In this document: in pieces, positions 37,507-50,845 of the stretch | Layout: each line of letters begins with the position of its first letter | Position numbering within the stretch: the first letter of the stretch is position 1 | Assembly: GCF_018977255.1 (NCBI RefSeq) | Contig: NW_024704742.1 | Coordinates: 36,456,001-36,520,000, forward strand | Source of the DNA: Callorhinchus milii | Taxonomy: Eukaryota | Length of the DNA stretch: 64,000 nucleotides | Direction of reading: 5' to 3' | Made by a program: the position numbers and the translations under genes | The notes under the pieces: generated by a model | What the model saw: only the letters and a program-made list of their open reading frames with translations | What the model was told of the DNA's origin: nothing | Database searches by the model: none

Positions 37507-38576
37507 CTGCAGAGACAATTTACATTTTAACACAATAAAAATGTTTTACATGTATGTAACATTGTTATATTATACAAATACACTCTATAATATAATATAA
37601 ACAGCGCTTTGGGACATCTTGAAGATGTGATATGACACTATATCAAATGCAAGGATTATTATTATTATGATGGGGCTGAATTAAATCTGCTCTGTGGTAG
37701 TCTCGGTCATCTGGTTCCTGAGCCAGTTGGATCCACAGTACTCTAGGATACTACTGATAATAGACCAGCAAGTGTCGCTTTTTTATTGGGTTTTGGAGAG
37801 GCAGAACGATCGATCACTAGGTTGTATTAACCCTGTAAGTCAAAGCAGGGTAAGATGGTGCTAGCTGAACAAGTAGCAGGAAGCTTGCCAGACAGTGCTT
37901 TCAATAACAAACTATGTGGTTTTAGTTGGCTAACCCCAGCGACTCCCCAATGTACACTCTAGGGTCCCAAACCTCGACTAACCTGTGCCTAATACTCTCC
38001 GGAACTAAGTAAGCAGGATGCATCCCACTGGGGAGAGAGGGCACAATTAATTTCAGATACAGGAGCTTCCATGTTTAGGTGACATGTATGGAACTCTCAG
38101 TCTGGGTTGGATGGTGATGGGTTTCCATGTATGGAGACACCCAGCTGACCCCCAAATCTGGAATCTGGTCATTAAATGGTTGCACAAAATTTTGCTATTT
38201 TGACTCAAAATTAATTGAAAGACAAATTTTAGCAACCCAGTGCTGACTGTAAAGATAAGAGGGTCTCAGATCTGAACAGCAGTAACTTACAATGATACTA
38301 AGGCATGCCCATTGTTAGTAAGTTGGTAGATGCAGCATCGCTTCTCAATTAATGGAGAGAAACAACTACCAAAAGTGAGTCATGTCCCCCAGAAATGAAC
38401 TTCTTCACATTCAATCAAATGCACGGAGGTGGTCACGGAGAGCTCGTAGGCAGAATGTCCCACCTTTTCGTTGAAGAAAGAATGCTGGCAGTGAATAATG
38501 AGTGGGAAGGGAGAGGGTCAAGAGTTTCAAAGGAAAAAGTAGTGGAAAACAATAAATAAATAGTTCTATCCCTTAC

Positions 38577-38770
38577 CCGTAGAATATCTGTTTTGAGTTG
38601 CAGTTCTGTGGACGGGGCTGAGTGCATCAGTCCAAGCAGTGTACCCATATCGTCATCGCCACTGGGGGACAGGACCAGCTGCTGGATGATCATCAGTGCA
38701 TGTTCTCGACACTGTGGATACTTCACTATGTTATGTACACATCGTGCTCCTCCAAACTCCCGGAAAACAC
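38577..38770 (-). CDS. WDFY3: WDFY3 exon E9 (194 nt) VFREFGGARCVHNIVKYPQC...LKTDILR
   Basis: gaataag|GTGTTT (AAG-type acceptor) ... ACGG|gtaagg; phase 1 to 0. Confidence 0.94.
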
Positions 38771-39299
38771 CTTATTCAAAAAGAAAAGTTGGACTCAAGT
38801 CATTTCAAACCAAGTGCTACATTTCTCACAAGCTTTACATGTTCCACTTCAAGTACTACCTCTGCACATGTTCTCCTAACTGATTACAGCATGGTATTGC
38901 CAGACCCTGTGGCCAGGTCTCCTGCTGGCCCTCTGCTTTTGCAGGAATGGCAGAGAAACAAAATGGATCCACAAAATAGATCAAAACCGGATTCTAAATT
39001 GGTCTGAGGTGTAGGTCACACATTGCCCATGTGACTGTTTCAACTGCTACATTTTACAGAGTAGATCACAATGAAAAATTGCTGACTAAATCTTTTTTTG
39101 TTTGGAGGAGAGAAGCCACCAATCCCCCAAATAAAGTTGGTGGTTCATTTCATGGGTGTGTGTGGACCCTGCTGTGCACAAATTGGCTGCCGCAATCACC
39201 CACAAAATACAGCCACTCAGAAGAGATGCAATTGCTATTGATGAAATCAAACCAAAGTGTTTTTTTTCAGTTTGCAAAAGGTGCACTCAAAGTTCTCTG

Positions 39300-39417
39300 T
39301 TTAGCAGGTCAAAGATGCTGAAACCTACAAAATACACAGTCACTACACTTCACAGTAAATCCTCTGAAGCACTTTGGGGATGTCTTTCTCATGTGAGGCG
39401 CTATATCAAATGCAAGG

Positions 39418-39464
<47 letters not shown>
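39300..39464 (+). repeat. SINE tail ending in an expanded (ATT)~15 microsatellite (39418-39464)
   Basis: gcgctatatcaaatgcaagg followed by a pure ATT run; source of the poly-Tyr/poly-Ile ORFs. Further tail-only copies lie near 5458, 19345, 29095, 37605, 47590, 55785, 59775 and 61075. Confidence 0.9.
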
Positions 39465-42018
39465 GCTGGTGTTTTCACAACTAGTTGGATTTTGATAATC
39501 TCTAAAGATCAGTAGACAGTGTAGATAGACCAGCGGGACCAAGCAAGGACCCGCTGACCTATTCGTGATAATTGGAGTATCTGTCAATCAGTATGTCACA
39601 GCTATCTTTCTGACTAAGGTGCAATAAAAAGAATCCCACAATCTCCTGTCGAGGAAATCAAGGCAGTTTCGATACTGAAAATACCATAAGTTCAACCAAT
39701 GCTGAAGTCTTGTGAGCACTAGTTTATATTGCTCGGTTTTGCAGGACTGTTTGTTCAATTTTGGAGATAATCTCAATTTGCAGTTTATTTAAGTCAGTCC
39801 TAAAAATATATATTGTAGGTTGGTAACGGGCATGGTAGAGGAGTTGTTGGATATACTTAAAAGAAGTGAGTGATCAGGAAGAAATAAAATGAGGGATGGG
39901 TATTAATTCAAATTGATTGTAGCAGATAATTTTAATGCAGTATTTGCCATAAAGGAAACTGACATTACAGAACAACTTTAACAATTTTAACACCAGACAG
40001 GTTATTTATCTTATAAAGGGACAAGGGATTTAAAAACCTGCTAGTGTGATTATTAAACATTGGGCTCATTGTTGAGTCCATGGATTCAGCACTTTCTTTA
40101 AATCACAAATTTATTTCAAGAGTGTGAAATACTTTAGCTTTCAAAATCTACAGTTCCATTAGTGTTAAACAAAGCATAGGAATTGTAAAAGTGGTACTAA
40201 ATATGTACTACCGACAGCCAATTATTGATGAACTTTATAGTACAGCTTCTTCCAATAAAAAGTAATGGGTCCCTGTGATGGGATCCAAGGTGGATTGTTA
40301 TGAATTATGAGAAATGTATCTTACACAACCTTGGACCAGCTTTTTTGCTCATGACAGCCCCACAAATACACAAATCATCCCCATTATAATGCAGTCGCCA
40401 GAGTCCAATATCTTAGATGCCATGCTACCAATGAAGTGTGAAAAAAGGTCAACCTCTGAAGTTATCCTGCATTTCCTGTACACTGCATTCGTGTGCTATG
40501 TGCATTAAGTGCCATAAACATCCTTCCCTTAGAAAGTCAAATTACGAATGCTTCCTGCGCAAGTGCAACATTCAGGAAATGACGATTTCTTTCCTGCACA
40601 TAGGGTGCAACATCCATGTCACATTTCCTGTACAGTCATGTATAGGAAGCAATTCTTTGTCTGCTCTCTTACAGAGTTGTGTTTAAATGCAAATTAAACT
40701 ATTAATAAGAAGAGCACATTTTAATAAGATAGTCTGATCATTCAATTTATAAGTATCTGCTCAGCTAATTAAAGGCATCATCTGGAATTTTTTTTTCTTC
40801 TTAACATTTTCTAAGGAAACTTGGATCATAGATGTGAAGGTGGAAGTTAAGCAAGGATAGGATTAGGCTCAGCTCTGATGGTCCACATGGTTGAACAGGT
40901 TATTGGCACTCTCTGTCTAAAATAAAGAAGTTTCTTGGGCTGCTTGCTCTAGGGAACCCCAGTGCAGAATAAAGTAGTATCTTCAGAAGGATAGAGAAGC
41001 AAAACAAAAAATATAGAACATAAACAGTGATTCCTTCACCTCTCCAACAGCCAATAAAATAGGCAATATATTGTAAATATTTCCCAAAATATTCTGCAAG
41101 TTATGATCAACTTTTGATACAAAATTTGATAAAGCATTCTAAAATTTCTGAAATGAAATGAAGGCTGTTGCTTGTAAAAATATGAGCAAATATAAACTCG
41201 GGGGATTGATCGTAGCGACTTCAGTTTCATCACACCAACTATGATAAAAATCGAAAGGATGCTTGAACGTCTGTGGTGAATAAATTAGTGAACAGAATTT
41301 GAGAGATTGACAGGTTGCAGTGTATAAATATTGTTTACATTGATTAGGGGAGGTTAACCTTTGCCCTTTATTTCCCATTTTGTATCACTGAACACTACCA
41401 AACCTTAGCACTATTGTGGTGAACAGGGTTTTTGACACATGAAATAAATGGGCCACACAAACTCAATCTAACATTTGTTCATATCACGTCTAGATGAAAA
41501 TTTTTGAAGGTCATAATTAATAGCACTCTGGCCAAACCCTTGATTGTACACAACAGACAAGTAAGTGACAGAAAAGGTCCATTTTTCAAAGGAGGCAGAT
41601 ACACTCAAATGTACAGCAGGCTGCAGATCAACACAGTTGTGAGATTATTAGGCAAACAAAAAAAATGTACATTCTTCCAGATACAATTTAGTATTTAAAG
41701 GTTTTGCTCCAATGTGGAGTAAAAATGTTCTTGTGCAAACAGTAGTTCGATATTCATTAGCCACTCCAAGTCACTACTGTCAGCTGAGTATTAACATGAT
41801 GGAATAATTTGTGAGCATGAAGCTGCACAACAGTTTGCTTAAACAATCTGAATTCCTTTGAAAATGCACAAGGTCAAACTTACACGTTTCATATTTGAAG
41901 CTTCCAAGTATTATTCTCTTCTAAAAAAAAAGCAAATGGCCTTCAAAGACATTCTCTCTGTATTACTATCAGTAACTATTAGTTACCATTACAACTCATT
42001 AGCAGTACCCCAATTTAC

Positions 42019-42120
42019 CTGCATTTGTGTTTGATCCTTGCAGCAGTACTGTCAAAGTCTCCATCACCAGCAAGGCCAACTGCTTCCGATCGTCCATTGA
42101 GACATTCCCTTTTGATTCCA
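42019..42120 (-). CDS. WDFY3: WDFY3 exon E8 (102 nt) ESKGNVSMDDRKQLALLVMETLTVLLQGSNTNA (not in ORF track)
   Basis: tttatag|TGGAAT ... GCAG|gtaaat; translated by hand; phase 1 to 1. Confidence 0.93.
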
Positions 42121-42292
42121 CTATAAAACAAATTCAATTCCTCAGAAAAATAATACTTCAAGATTCCGATTAGTTGGAATTCCTCAAATAAATATTGTTA
42201 CTATACTGTACTTGGTGTTTACATAACAAATCTCATAGTCTCCAGTTTACATACAAAAAAAACGGTGAAAGAAAAGGAAGATATAAACTTAC

Positions 42293-42760
42293 CTGAATCG
42301 TTGAAGCTTTGAGTGGGGTCTTTTAACAGAGCAGCATATTTGTGCAAAAGGTTCACCATCACCTCGAGCAACCCGACCTCCCGAAATACATCCCTGAAGA
42401 TAGGATCATGGCGTGAAAATTTCAAAAGTGTTTTCATCGCAGTGATGCTGCATTGGTAAGAGGTGCTGGCCTTCAACGAGATGCTGACGCTTATGAGTTC
42501 TTTGCATGGGATATAGTTCAAACTGAAGATAATAAATTCCAGCATTTCAAAGTACTTGGACTGCACCTCTGGTACTTTGGAAATCTTCTCAGCAAATTGT
42601 GAAAGAGTGTGCTGAGACTCCAGGATAAAGTAATTGGCATTGTCTGCTATGTAAAGGTTTGAGATGGCATCCAAAATCATTCCAGCGAGATGGCTGGATC
42701 TTACTTTTAAGAAGGCAGTCTGAAGAACAGAAAAGGCTTGGATGTTTTTTATTGTGTGTC
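42293..42760 (-). CDS. WDFY3: WDFY3 exon E7 (468 nt) HTIKNIQAFSVLQ...LKDPTQSFNDS
   Basis: aaaccag|GACACA ... TCAG|gtaagt; phase 1 to 1. Confidence 0.96.
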
Positions 42761-43407
42761 CTGGTTTAAGAAAAGAGATGACATGACTGGTTACGATTTT
42801 CCAAAAATACATTTTACGTAACTTCGAACACTTAACGTTTATTCAACAAGGAAAACATTTGAATTGTTTTGTGATACACTAAAGGAAAAACAGATTTAGA
42901 TGCTAACACCTTTTCACCATACAGTTAAGTAGTAATACATTTCCTTGCAAAGTTTTATTTGCCGTCAACTTTGATAGGGTAACCGAAATGCCACATAAAT
43001 TCCTCTGCCAATATTGGCCACTAGGTTTTATATAACACTTTAAAATTGACACTTCTATTCCAACCCTTTTAATAAATCAATAAAATTTATCCGCTGTTAT
43101 CTATCTTCAATTGCCAAGTGCTCTTGATTTACCAAAGTACTCTAAAAATTGCATAACTGCTGCACGCTTCCTTTACTCTCCTGCAATAACAGTCCAGGAA
43201 AAACTGCTGCGTCTTGACTACTCTATCGAAATCTCATAATTTTCAATATTTGTATGGTAATAAGTCTTTTCATACTCATGCTTCCATTGTAGATGAATGC
43301 TTTGAAGTCCCTCACTCTATTAATGTACTTAAGTACCGAAGACATGCATTCTTGTCTTTCATTTGCCTTTGATGTTAGATTTAGAGTGAAGTGTGTACCA
43401 GTTGGCA

Positions 43408-43475
43408 TTTATAATAATAATAATCTATTATAATAATTATTATTATATAATTATTATAATTATTATAATATTATA
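43408..43475. repeat. AT-only low-complexity (TAA/TTA) tract
   Basis: ttataataataataatctattataataattattattatataattattataattattataatattata. Confidence 0.9.
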
Positions 43476-43850
43476 CAGTCTGTAGAGCTAACAATTAGGC
43501 TTAAAAGGAAAATTCTAACAGGTTCTTCGTATTATCTGCAAAGAATATTTACTGTAAGGCATACACAACCCATGTTTAAGTCGAATGTTTTCCTCACGGG
43601 AAAAAATGCTCTATTTAAAGTCCGTCTTCATGAGCGAATTGTTTGGCAAACTTTTAAGTTTAAAGATAGAGCAGCCAAAGAAGCTGCGCGTCATTTATCA
43701 CCTTAACATCATACAAAGGACAGAATACATTTGCCAAGATTTAAGCTATGTTGTGTCACATTTATAAGCAAACAAAGACAAGGTTTGCCAAGATTCCCAA
43801 CGAAGAGTATGGCCTTTAAAGCATTGCCAATAACCAACTGGTAGCATCAC

Positions 43851-44017
43851 CTTTGCCACAAGGTTGTGGTACTACAAATCCCGGTAGCAGGAAAGGTGCT
43901 CCACTAGTAACACCAGCAGGTCTCAGTTCATTTATCCCGTAGGTTGTCAGTGAGGTCACCAACTGAACCAAGTCTTTCAGTGCCTCTTTGGCATCAGGCT
44001 CCTTCATTAGCTCCAAC
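43851..44017 (-). CDS. WDFY3: WDFY3 exon E6 (167 nt) LELMKEPDAKEALKDLV...VPQPCGK
   Basis: attttag|GTTGGA ... AAAG|gtgatg; phase 2 to 1. Confidence 0.94.
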
Positions 44018-45856
44018 CTAAAATACACATATGGAAATGTTAACAAAATTGCAACACCCTGTATACGTGGTTGATATTCTTTCCACCACCACCACACCAC
44101 CCCCCACCACAATTCTGCAATGGTTTACATACAACAACAAATTGCATTTATATAGAGCCTTTCATTTCGGGAGGCAATCCCAAGACGTTGAAAGTGGTAA
44201 AGAATATAGATATAGCAGTGATTGTATATTTTGCTTAAAAGAATATAATAATTGAATGAGTCTCTTGGTATAATTGTATATGACAGTGTCTGGTTCAAAA
44301 TCATTGCCATTCTTGGTTCCTCCTCTCTGGTCTCAAGAACACTCCGTGGAGCATGTATGTGTGAGCAACCAGCCGCCTAGGGCTCCTGCTATCCCTCTGT
44401 GTGACCAATTACAGAGAGGTGCACAACAAGCACAGGCTGATTCCTTCTCTGGGTAAGTTTCAACCGCCTCTCCAATATTTGTTACCTTCCCATAATAGCA
44501 ATGGGCTGAGATCAGTTCTGTGTGTGTGAAGGATCACACAATAGCACTGCGCTTCCACGAACAAAATCTTTGTTAAATGACACCAACCCCAACCTCCCCC
44601 TTTCATCTTCCCTCATCCCTTCATTTCCTCAGTTACACACCTTTTGCACTCTGGAGAATCCAGGGCAGGAAAAGGGCTCTCAGTGTTCCGGTATTGCTGC
44701 AGAGAGGATTTTCACTGTGATTTTTCCTAACCACCCCTGTACAGAAGAGCCTTTGCCCATTGCTTCCTCTCTGCAATCGCATCAGAGATCAGGAACTCAG
44801 CAGAGCTAGGCATGTAGGGCAAAAACCTCCATCTCTCTAATCCATGTCATAACTCATTTAGTGTTTAAAAATCTGCTACACGGGAATGAACCAATGCAGT
44901 TCCTGGGGCTCCAAATGAAACTCCTTCATGAATTAGGAGTTAGAAAGAATATGGTAAGTCTGTACAAACAAGAGATTCAAACATCTAGTGAAAACACAAC
45001 TATGCCAGCTATGAGGAAAGAAATGGCAACCTTACAGCTGTGTTTCATTCCATAGAATAATTTAATGTCATTAAAAGGAGCTAAATAAAAAAATGTACAT
45101 GATCAGAAAGATATTCACCTTGTGATGGTATTCAAAATAATTAATTAAAGTATGTATAGGTAAAATTAAGGTGCAGTCCATTCCAGAGATCTTGCTGAAT
45201 CAATGTTGAGTAGAAGTGTAATGGATGTTGGAAGACAAACAATTGCCTTCCACAAAACAAGGTGCAGTATTCATGGTTTCCACTAGATCACACTATTGCT
45301 TTTAAATAGGGGTAATTTTTTTGCACTGTTCCAATGGATAAATTACATTGTATGGAACAGGGGAATGTTCTGCACTTGACCGTAAGCAACATCTGATTTT
45401 ATCTGAACTGATCTAATGAGAGCCTGTCCTGTAATGTTGGGACACACGATTATCATTCAGCCTTTAGCTTTACAACTTGGCTCGAGTCACCACAATCCTG
45501 TCTGGTTTTAATTGGAATATACATTAAACATGTCAACACTAAGAAAGAAAAACACAAATTACAAACCAAATTGTTGAAATTAACTACAGTAATTGCCCTT
45601 CTCATAGTATGGCACACATACTCCCACAGAGTTCAATTACAATTCAAATCTTATCCTTCCCTCTAGTTTATCCCACAACTACTGCACATAATAATCTTTA
45701 CAAACTCAATGCCACACGTTTAAGTGAATATCTGACTACAGTAATTGTCCTGTGCAACTGTACAAAGACTTTACCGGTGAGTCAAATGCACAGGCCTTAC
45801 TAAAAAGATACAACTGAATGCAAACAAAAGAATCCAAACAAAATCCATGTACTTAC

Positions 45857-46043
45857 TTAAGCAGAAGATCACAAAGGAACTGGTAACCTTGACAGCACCT
45901 AAAATCATCCAAGAGCACTTGCGACACGTCGCTGGAGTCCTTGAGAAAGCAGGAAAGTCCTGCAAACATCTCAACAATCTCCAGGGGCAATAGGTCATCT
46001 GACTGCTGCATGTTCTGGATACAAGTAGCCACGCATTCTTTAT
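45857..46043 (-). CDS. WDFY3: WDFY3 exon E5 (187 nt) DKECVATCIQNMQQSDDL...FLCDLLL
   Basis: catgtag|ATAAAG ... CTTAA|gtaagt; phase 1 to 2. Confidence 0.95.
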
Positions 46044-46214
46044 CTACATGGAACATATAAGTACAAACAAATTGGAACGTTTTCCCAATCTCCCCTATAG
46101 ATCCAGTAAGATTAACATTTACTGTCCCAATAAATGTTCTTTCTTTCCATTGTTCTTAAAACACAATTTGTTTTTATAGGCAACACATTTGACTTTAAAA
46201 CTCCACTAGTCTCC

Positions 46215-46527
46215 TCGTATTCGATCTAGCGCCTTATCACATTGAAGAATCTCAAGTGCTTCAGAGTTTTACTATAAAGTGTTGGCACTACATTTGTAGT
46301 TGGAAAACACAGCAATGTCCCACAAACAGCCATGTGGCACATGACTAATTTTCTCTCTCTCTGGATACCGGGAGAAATTCCCCTCTCTCTTCAAATCATT
46401 TTCCATTGGGTTTTTTAAAGTCCATCTGAACAGGCAGAGGGGACCTCAGTTTCAAGTCCATCCAAAGGATAGCAACTCTGGCAAAGCATTGCTTCCCAGC
46501 ACTGCACTGGAGATGTGAACTTTGATA
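46215..46527 (-). mobile_element. Deu-domain-type SINE 3' part
   Basis: ccatctgaacaggcagagggacctcagttt...cagcactgcactggag plus the shared tail. Confidence 0.72.
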
Positions 46528-48483
46528 GGCTAAATAGCCTTTTCTCATCCGCTACTTTTTCAGAATGCTAGAGGTAAAATGGATCAATAAAGATGGCCTT
46601 TCCACATTCTGCACATACATACTTCTCGTAATTTGTCAACTAAGTAAGAATTTTATCATTCCAGAGTACAATTGATTTTATTTAAAGTTTGTTTTGATTC
46701 AATTTTGCATCAAAAGATGCTGACTTCTGCTGGTACATCATTGATGCCGGGCATCCACTGGTACCTCACTCACTATAATTCTTCATATGTGAACCCAGAC
46801 AGTGAGTACTGACTATTCTGACACTTCCGTATCTGTGAGTCTCAACTTCACACAAAGCAGTGCCTTTCCCAAGGCAATTACTTCTTAGCCCTTTTCATAC
46901 ATGACTGTGATAATAGTCTAGCAACTAGAGTATACAGCAGGATTACAAATTTCTCTTCAATATCTGGTTATGATAAGAACATCTACAAATTTAAATTATT
47001 ACTGAGTGTTAGAAATTATTTTTCACAAAAATAGTTTTTTCCCCCAAATCTGTACTTTGATGATTGAGTTTGACCTAAGATGGACTTTCTTATATAAACA
47101 ACTACTTACATTATATAATGCCCTTCACACAAGGTCGTGTCTCAGAGCGCTAAACACATATTAATTTTCTTTTAATGAAATCTAAGAGCAGGCGAATCCA
47201 GGAAGGCAACCTACCAATTACCAATCCCACAAATAAAATTGGTCATTCACTTCATGGCTATATGCAGGATACTTCTGTGTCCAAACGCCATATTTGACTA
47301 CAAAATACAGTCACTAGTATGCTATACTAACTCCTGTGATACACTTTAAGACATCTCAGTGTAATTAGATAAGGATTATTATTCTGGTAGTTCACCAATA
47401 AGCACTAGTAGCATAGTAATAATAAAGCTTTTCCCAGTAGTACTTCCTTTGCAATTCGTAAAATAGAATTCATTAAAAATAAACATTCTCACTTCTGCTC
47501 ATGCGATCAATGTAACTTTTCATTTCCCCCATCCCCATTCTTTGATACAAACTACCTCATTTCTGATTGTTTTTTTCCGCTTTCATTTATCCATGGCTGT
47601 TTGTGGGATGTGAGTGTGTGTAAATTGGCTGCTGAGTTCACCCACAAATTACACACAGCCACATCATTTTACGCTACTGTGAACCTCTTTGAGACGTCTC
47701 AATAATGCGAAAAGAAGCTATATCAGATGCAAAGATTATTATTAATATTATATTTTTCTCCTTTTCCATAGCGACTGTTCATCTTCGAGACAACAATTTT
47801 AGGAAAACTGGTTCAATTTCCTGAAAACTAGTTTTAAAGGCCATTGATTTTCAGGACACAGTTATACTTCAGAGGAATTCAACTGTGGCAGCACTTTTTA
47901 TTGCTTGTGTATTCTTCAGTGTTGCACATTAAAAGCCACATTTGTTTTCAATTTATTTTTCAATTTCTTCAATTGATTTCAAAATAATGTTTTTAAACTT
48001 TTTTTTAAAATCGGGTAGAGAAAAAGAGGTAAAAATATCAACGAACAGTTTAAATACTAAGTATTTGAACAGCATTGCTACGTGGCATTGCTTGCAGTTA
48101 AGTCACTCAACACAACAAAAAAGTATACAGTTGAACCTTATCTTGTGGGTACCACAGTAATAACAGAACTCAGTTACTCAGATCACTTTTCAGTCCATCA
48201 AAACTGATGGATGACAAAATCCCAAATTCACAACAAGGACAATTCACTAATAAAAGCAAAAATAGGCTAATGATCTTAACTGTTGGATCAAACATTAAAG
48301 GACTATCATGTTGCCAGCGCTGGCTAGCCAATGCACAAGTAAGAGATTTTTAAGCATCTTGCCCATGTGTTAGCTTCAGTCACCAGAGATCTAAAAGCTA
48401 CAATTTGGAGATAAAACAGACTTTAGGACCCCTCTGCACTCCTTTCTGAAAACACTCAAAAGATATGAGTTGCATATGCATAC

Positions 48484-48676
48484 CATGGATGTATTTGACC
48501 ACATTGATGCTGAGTCCATGACGTGATATGGTCATTAGTACCTCTCCGGCACTCTTTCTCCAGAGGATATTGTGGGGAGGACACCAGGAGGTTATTGCAC
48601 TGAACAGGAGCTGGAGGTCATCTTTCTGGGCTAGCTCTTCTGCTGGTGAGATGTAGTTGCAGAGTTTCACTAAGAT
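48484..48676 (-). CDS. WDFY3: WDFY3 exon E4 (193 nt) ILVKLCNYISPAEELAQKDDLQLLF...VVKYIH
   Basis: ttgttag|ATCTTA ... CATG|gtatgc; phase 0 to 1. Confidence 0.95.
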
Positions 48677-48774
48677 CTAACAAGATAAAACACAAAAGCA
48701 ATAAACCAACATACCATTGATAATTGACCAGGTAGGAAGCTTGTGAAACCTGGGAAAATTTCATTAACACAGAA

Positions 48775-49930
48775 CACAACATAGAATAAGACCACTTGGC
48801 CCATCATGTTTGTAATAATTATTATAATAGTACTCGCATTTGATGTAAAGCCTTCACAGGAGGAAGTTTCAGAGCGCTTGAACTAGCTCTTTGAACGAAC
48901 AATCCATTCAGATCCTTTTAGTTGGCTTATCCCCATACCTCTGTAAATTATTCCTTTTTATCTCCCAAGCTTCATGACCTTATCACCCCCATCCTCACCC
49001 AGCTTCCCTGGCTCCCCATCCCTCAAAGAATAGAGTTCAAAATCCTCGTCCTTTCTCCTCCCTGTTCTGTGACCTGCTAACTCCATATAGATCTGTCCAC
49101 TCCCTCTGCTCAGCAGGCTCTGGCCTGATCCACGTTCTCTGACCAATCCATCCCACCATCAGCGGTCAGACCTTCGGCCTTTCTATCCTCACCCTTTGGA
49201 ACTCCATTCTGGAGTCCCTTCGCCTCGCTCCCTCCCTAGCCTCATTCAAGGCCTGGCTCAAGACCTTCTTCTTCGAATGCATCTTCGGTCATCCTCCTAC
49301 CCCTACCCTCCCTGCCCTCCACCCCTCCTGATCCCAAACCCCAGCTCAGGTCCAAATCCCTGACTTGGGGCGTCTTGGGGCGTCCTCCCAACGTGAAAGG
49401 CGCTTAACAACAACAAATCACATTTGTAATCTAGTTCTTTCTTGAAAGCTAATATGGATCCTGTTTAGATCCTGCAGGGCAGTCCACATCACAAAACTTT
49501 CAGTGTAAACACCTCATCATTTCCCATTGGCTAATTATCTTAAATCAATGCTCTCTAGTCTGACTCATCGCTCAGTGGAAATGATTTCTCTCTACTGACC
49601 ATCAAAACGCCTTCATAATTTTAAAAAGCTCCAGCAGATCTCACTCAAACTTCTCTGTTGCAGTAAAAATATGCCCACTTCCTCAAATCTCTGCTTATAG
49701 ATCAAATCGGGCACCCCTGATACCATCCTAATAAATCTCCTCTCTATCCCCTCTATGGCTATGATGTCCTTATAATAATAATAATTATATAATAATAATA
49801 CCCAAAATAACCTATTTCATGCACATTCAAAACTCCTGACAGAGGTTTCTATCAAGTGCGATGACTGTATTTATAAGCTCTCCAGCCTTCCGAAAACGGG
49901 GTGACCAAAACTGGACCCAATACTCTTAAC
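48775..49930 (-). mobile_element. CR1 LINE 3' remnant, interrupted
   Basis: Reverse complement near 49900-49926 encodes EYWVQFWSP (CR1 LEYCVQFWSP motif); catagaa...ggcccatc tail at 48780. Confidence 0.75.
48958..49415 (+). mobile_element. L2 LINE 3' fragment nested in a CR1
   Basis: LHWLP-like region through cgtgaaaggcgc. Confidence 0.8.
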
Positions 49931-50169
49931 TCAGAATCCATATTCTTCCTGTGTTATGCCATTGAGGCCGTGGAGCAGAGAAATATAAGCGAGTGTTCCC
50001 AATTTTCTTTACTGTGATGATATATGTGTATTTATTAAGGCTGTGAGCTTTTGGTTAGTCTAAGTTGACAGTTAACTTGCTCTTGCAGCTTCACACCGCT
50101 GACAGTATCAATCTACAGGTGCACACTCCACCTGTATGGAAGCTGGGTAAATTGTTCTACTCTCAATTG

Positions 50170-50845
50170 TCCTTTCAACTCCACATCCCGGGCCCTGACT
50201 CGTTCAGCTTTCTCCCACCGCCGCAACATTGCGCGACTCCACCACTACCTCTCCCCTCAGGCTGCTGAGACCCTTATCCATGCTTTTATCACTTCCAGAA
50301 TTGACTACTCAAACTCTCTACTCATTGGACCTCCCAACTCTTCCCTCCACAAGCTGTAGACCATTCCGAACTATGTAGCTTGTTTCCTCTCCCACATTAG
50401 GCTTCGCAAGCCTATCACATCAATAGCCACCCGGCTCCACTGGCTCTCCTCCCACCCTCCCCAGAGGATTAATTTCAAGATCCTCATCCTCACTTTTAAA
50501 ACCTTCCATAGTCTTGCCCCGCCTTACCTCTGCGCGCTCCCTCCGCTCGCCATGTACTGACCTGCTTCACGTCCCCCTCCCTGCCCTCCCCACCATCTTC
50601 AGTCTCCTGCCCTCACTCTCTGGAACTCCAACCCGGAGTCCCGTCACCTGGTCCCCTCCCTTGCCTCCTTCAAGGTCTGTCGCAAGACCTTCACTTTTTG
50701 ACCTGGCCTTCAGTCATCTCCAACCCCACCTCCCACCTTTCCCGAATTCAATCCTCAGCTCAGGTGCAAACCCTTAACTGTCTAGTGCCTTGGAACAGCT
50801 CTCAACATGAAAGGTACTCTATAAATGCAATTTTTAGTTGTTGTT
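50170..50845 (+). mobile_element. L2 LINE 3' fragment
   Basis: catgcttttatcacttccagaattgactac (HAFITSRIDY) through the ttgttg tail. Confidence 0.85.

Noticed and set aside
38593-39007. Plus-strand ORFs overlapping exons (also 393-635, 4758-4946, 11974-12192, 27461-27679)
   Set aside because: Antisense shadows of WDFY3 coding exons with no independent coding evidence.
39156-39587. ORFs with poly-Tyr and poly-Ile runs
   Set aside because: Translation of the (ATT)n SINE tail.
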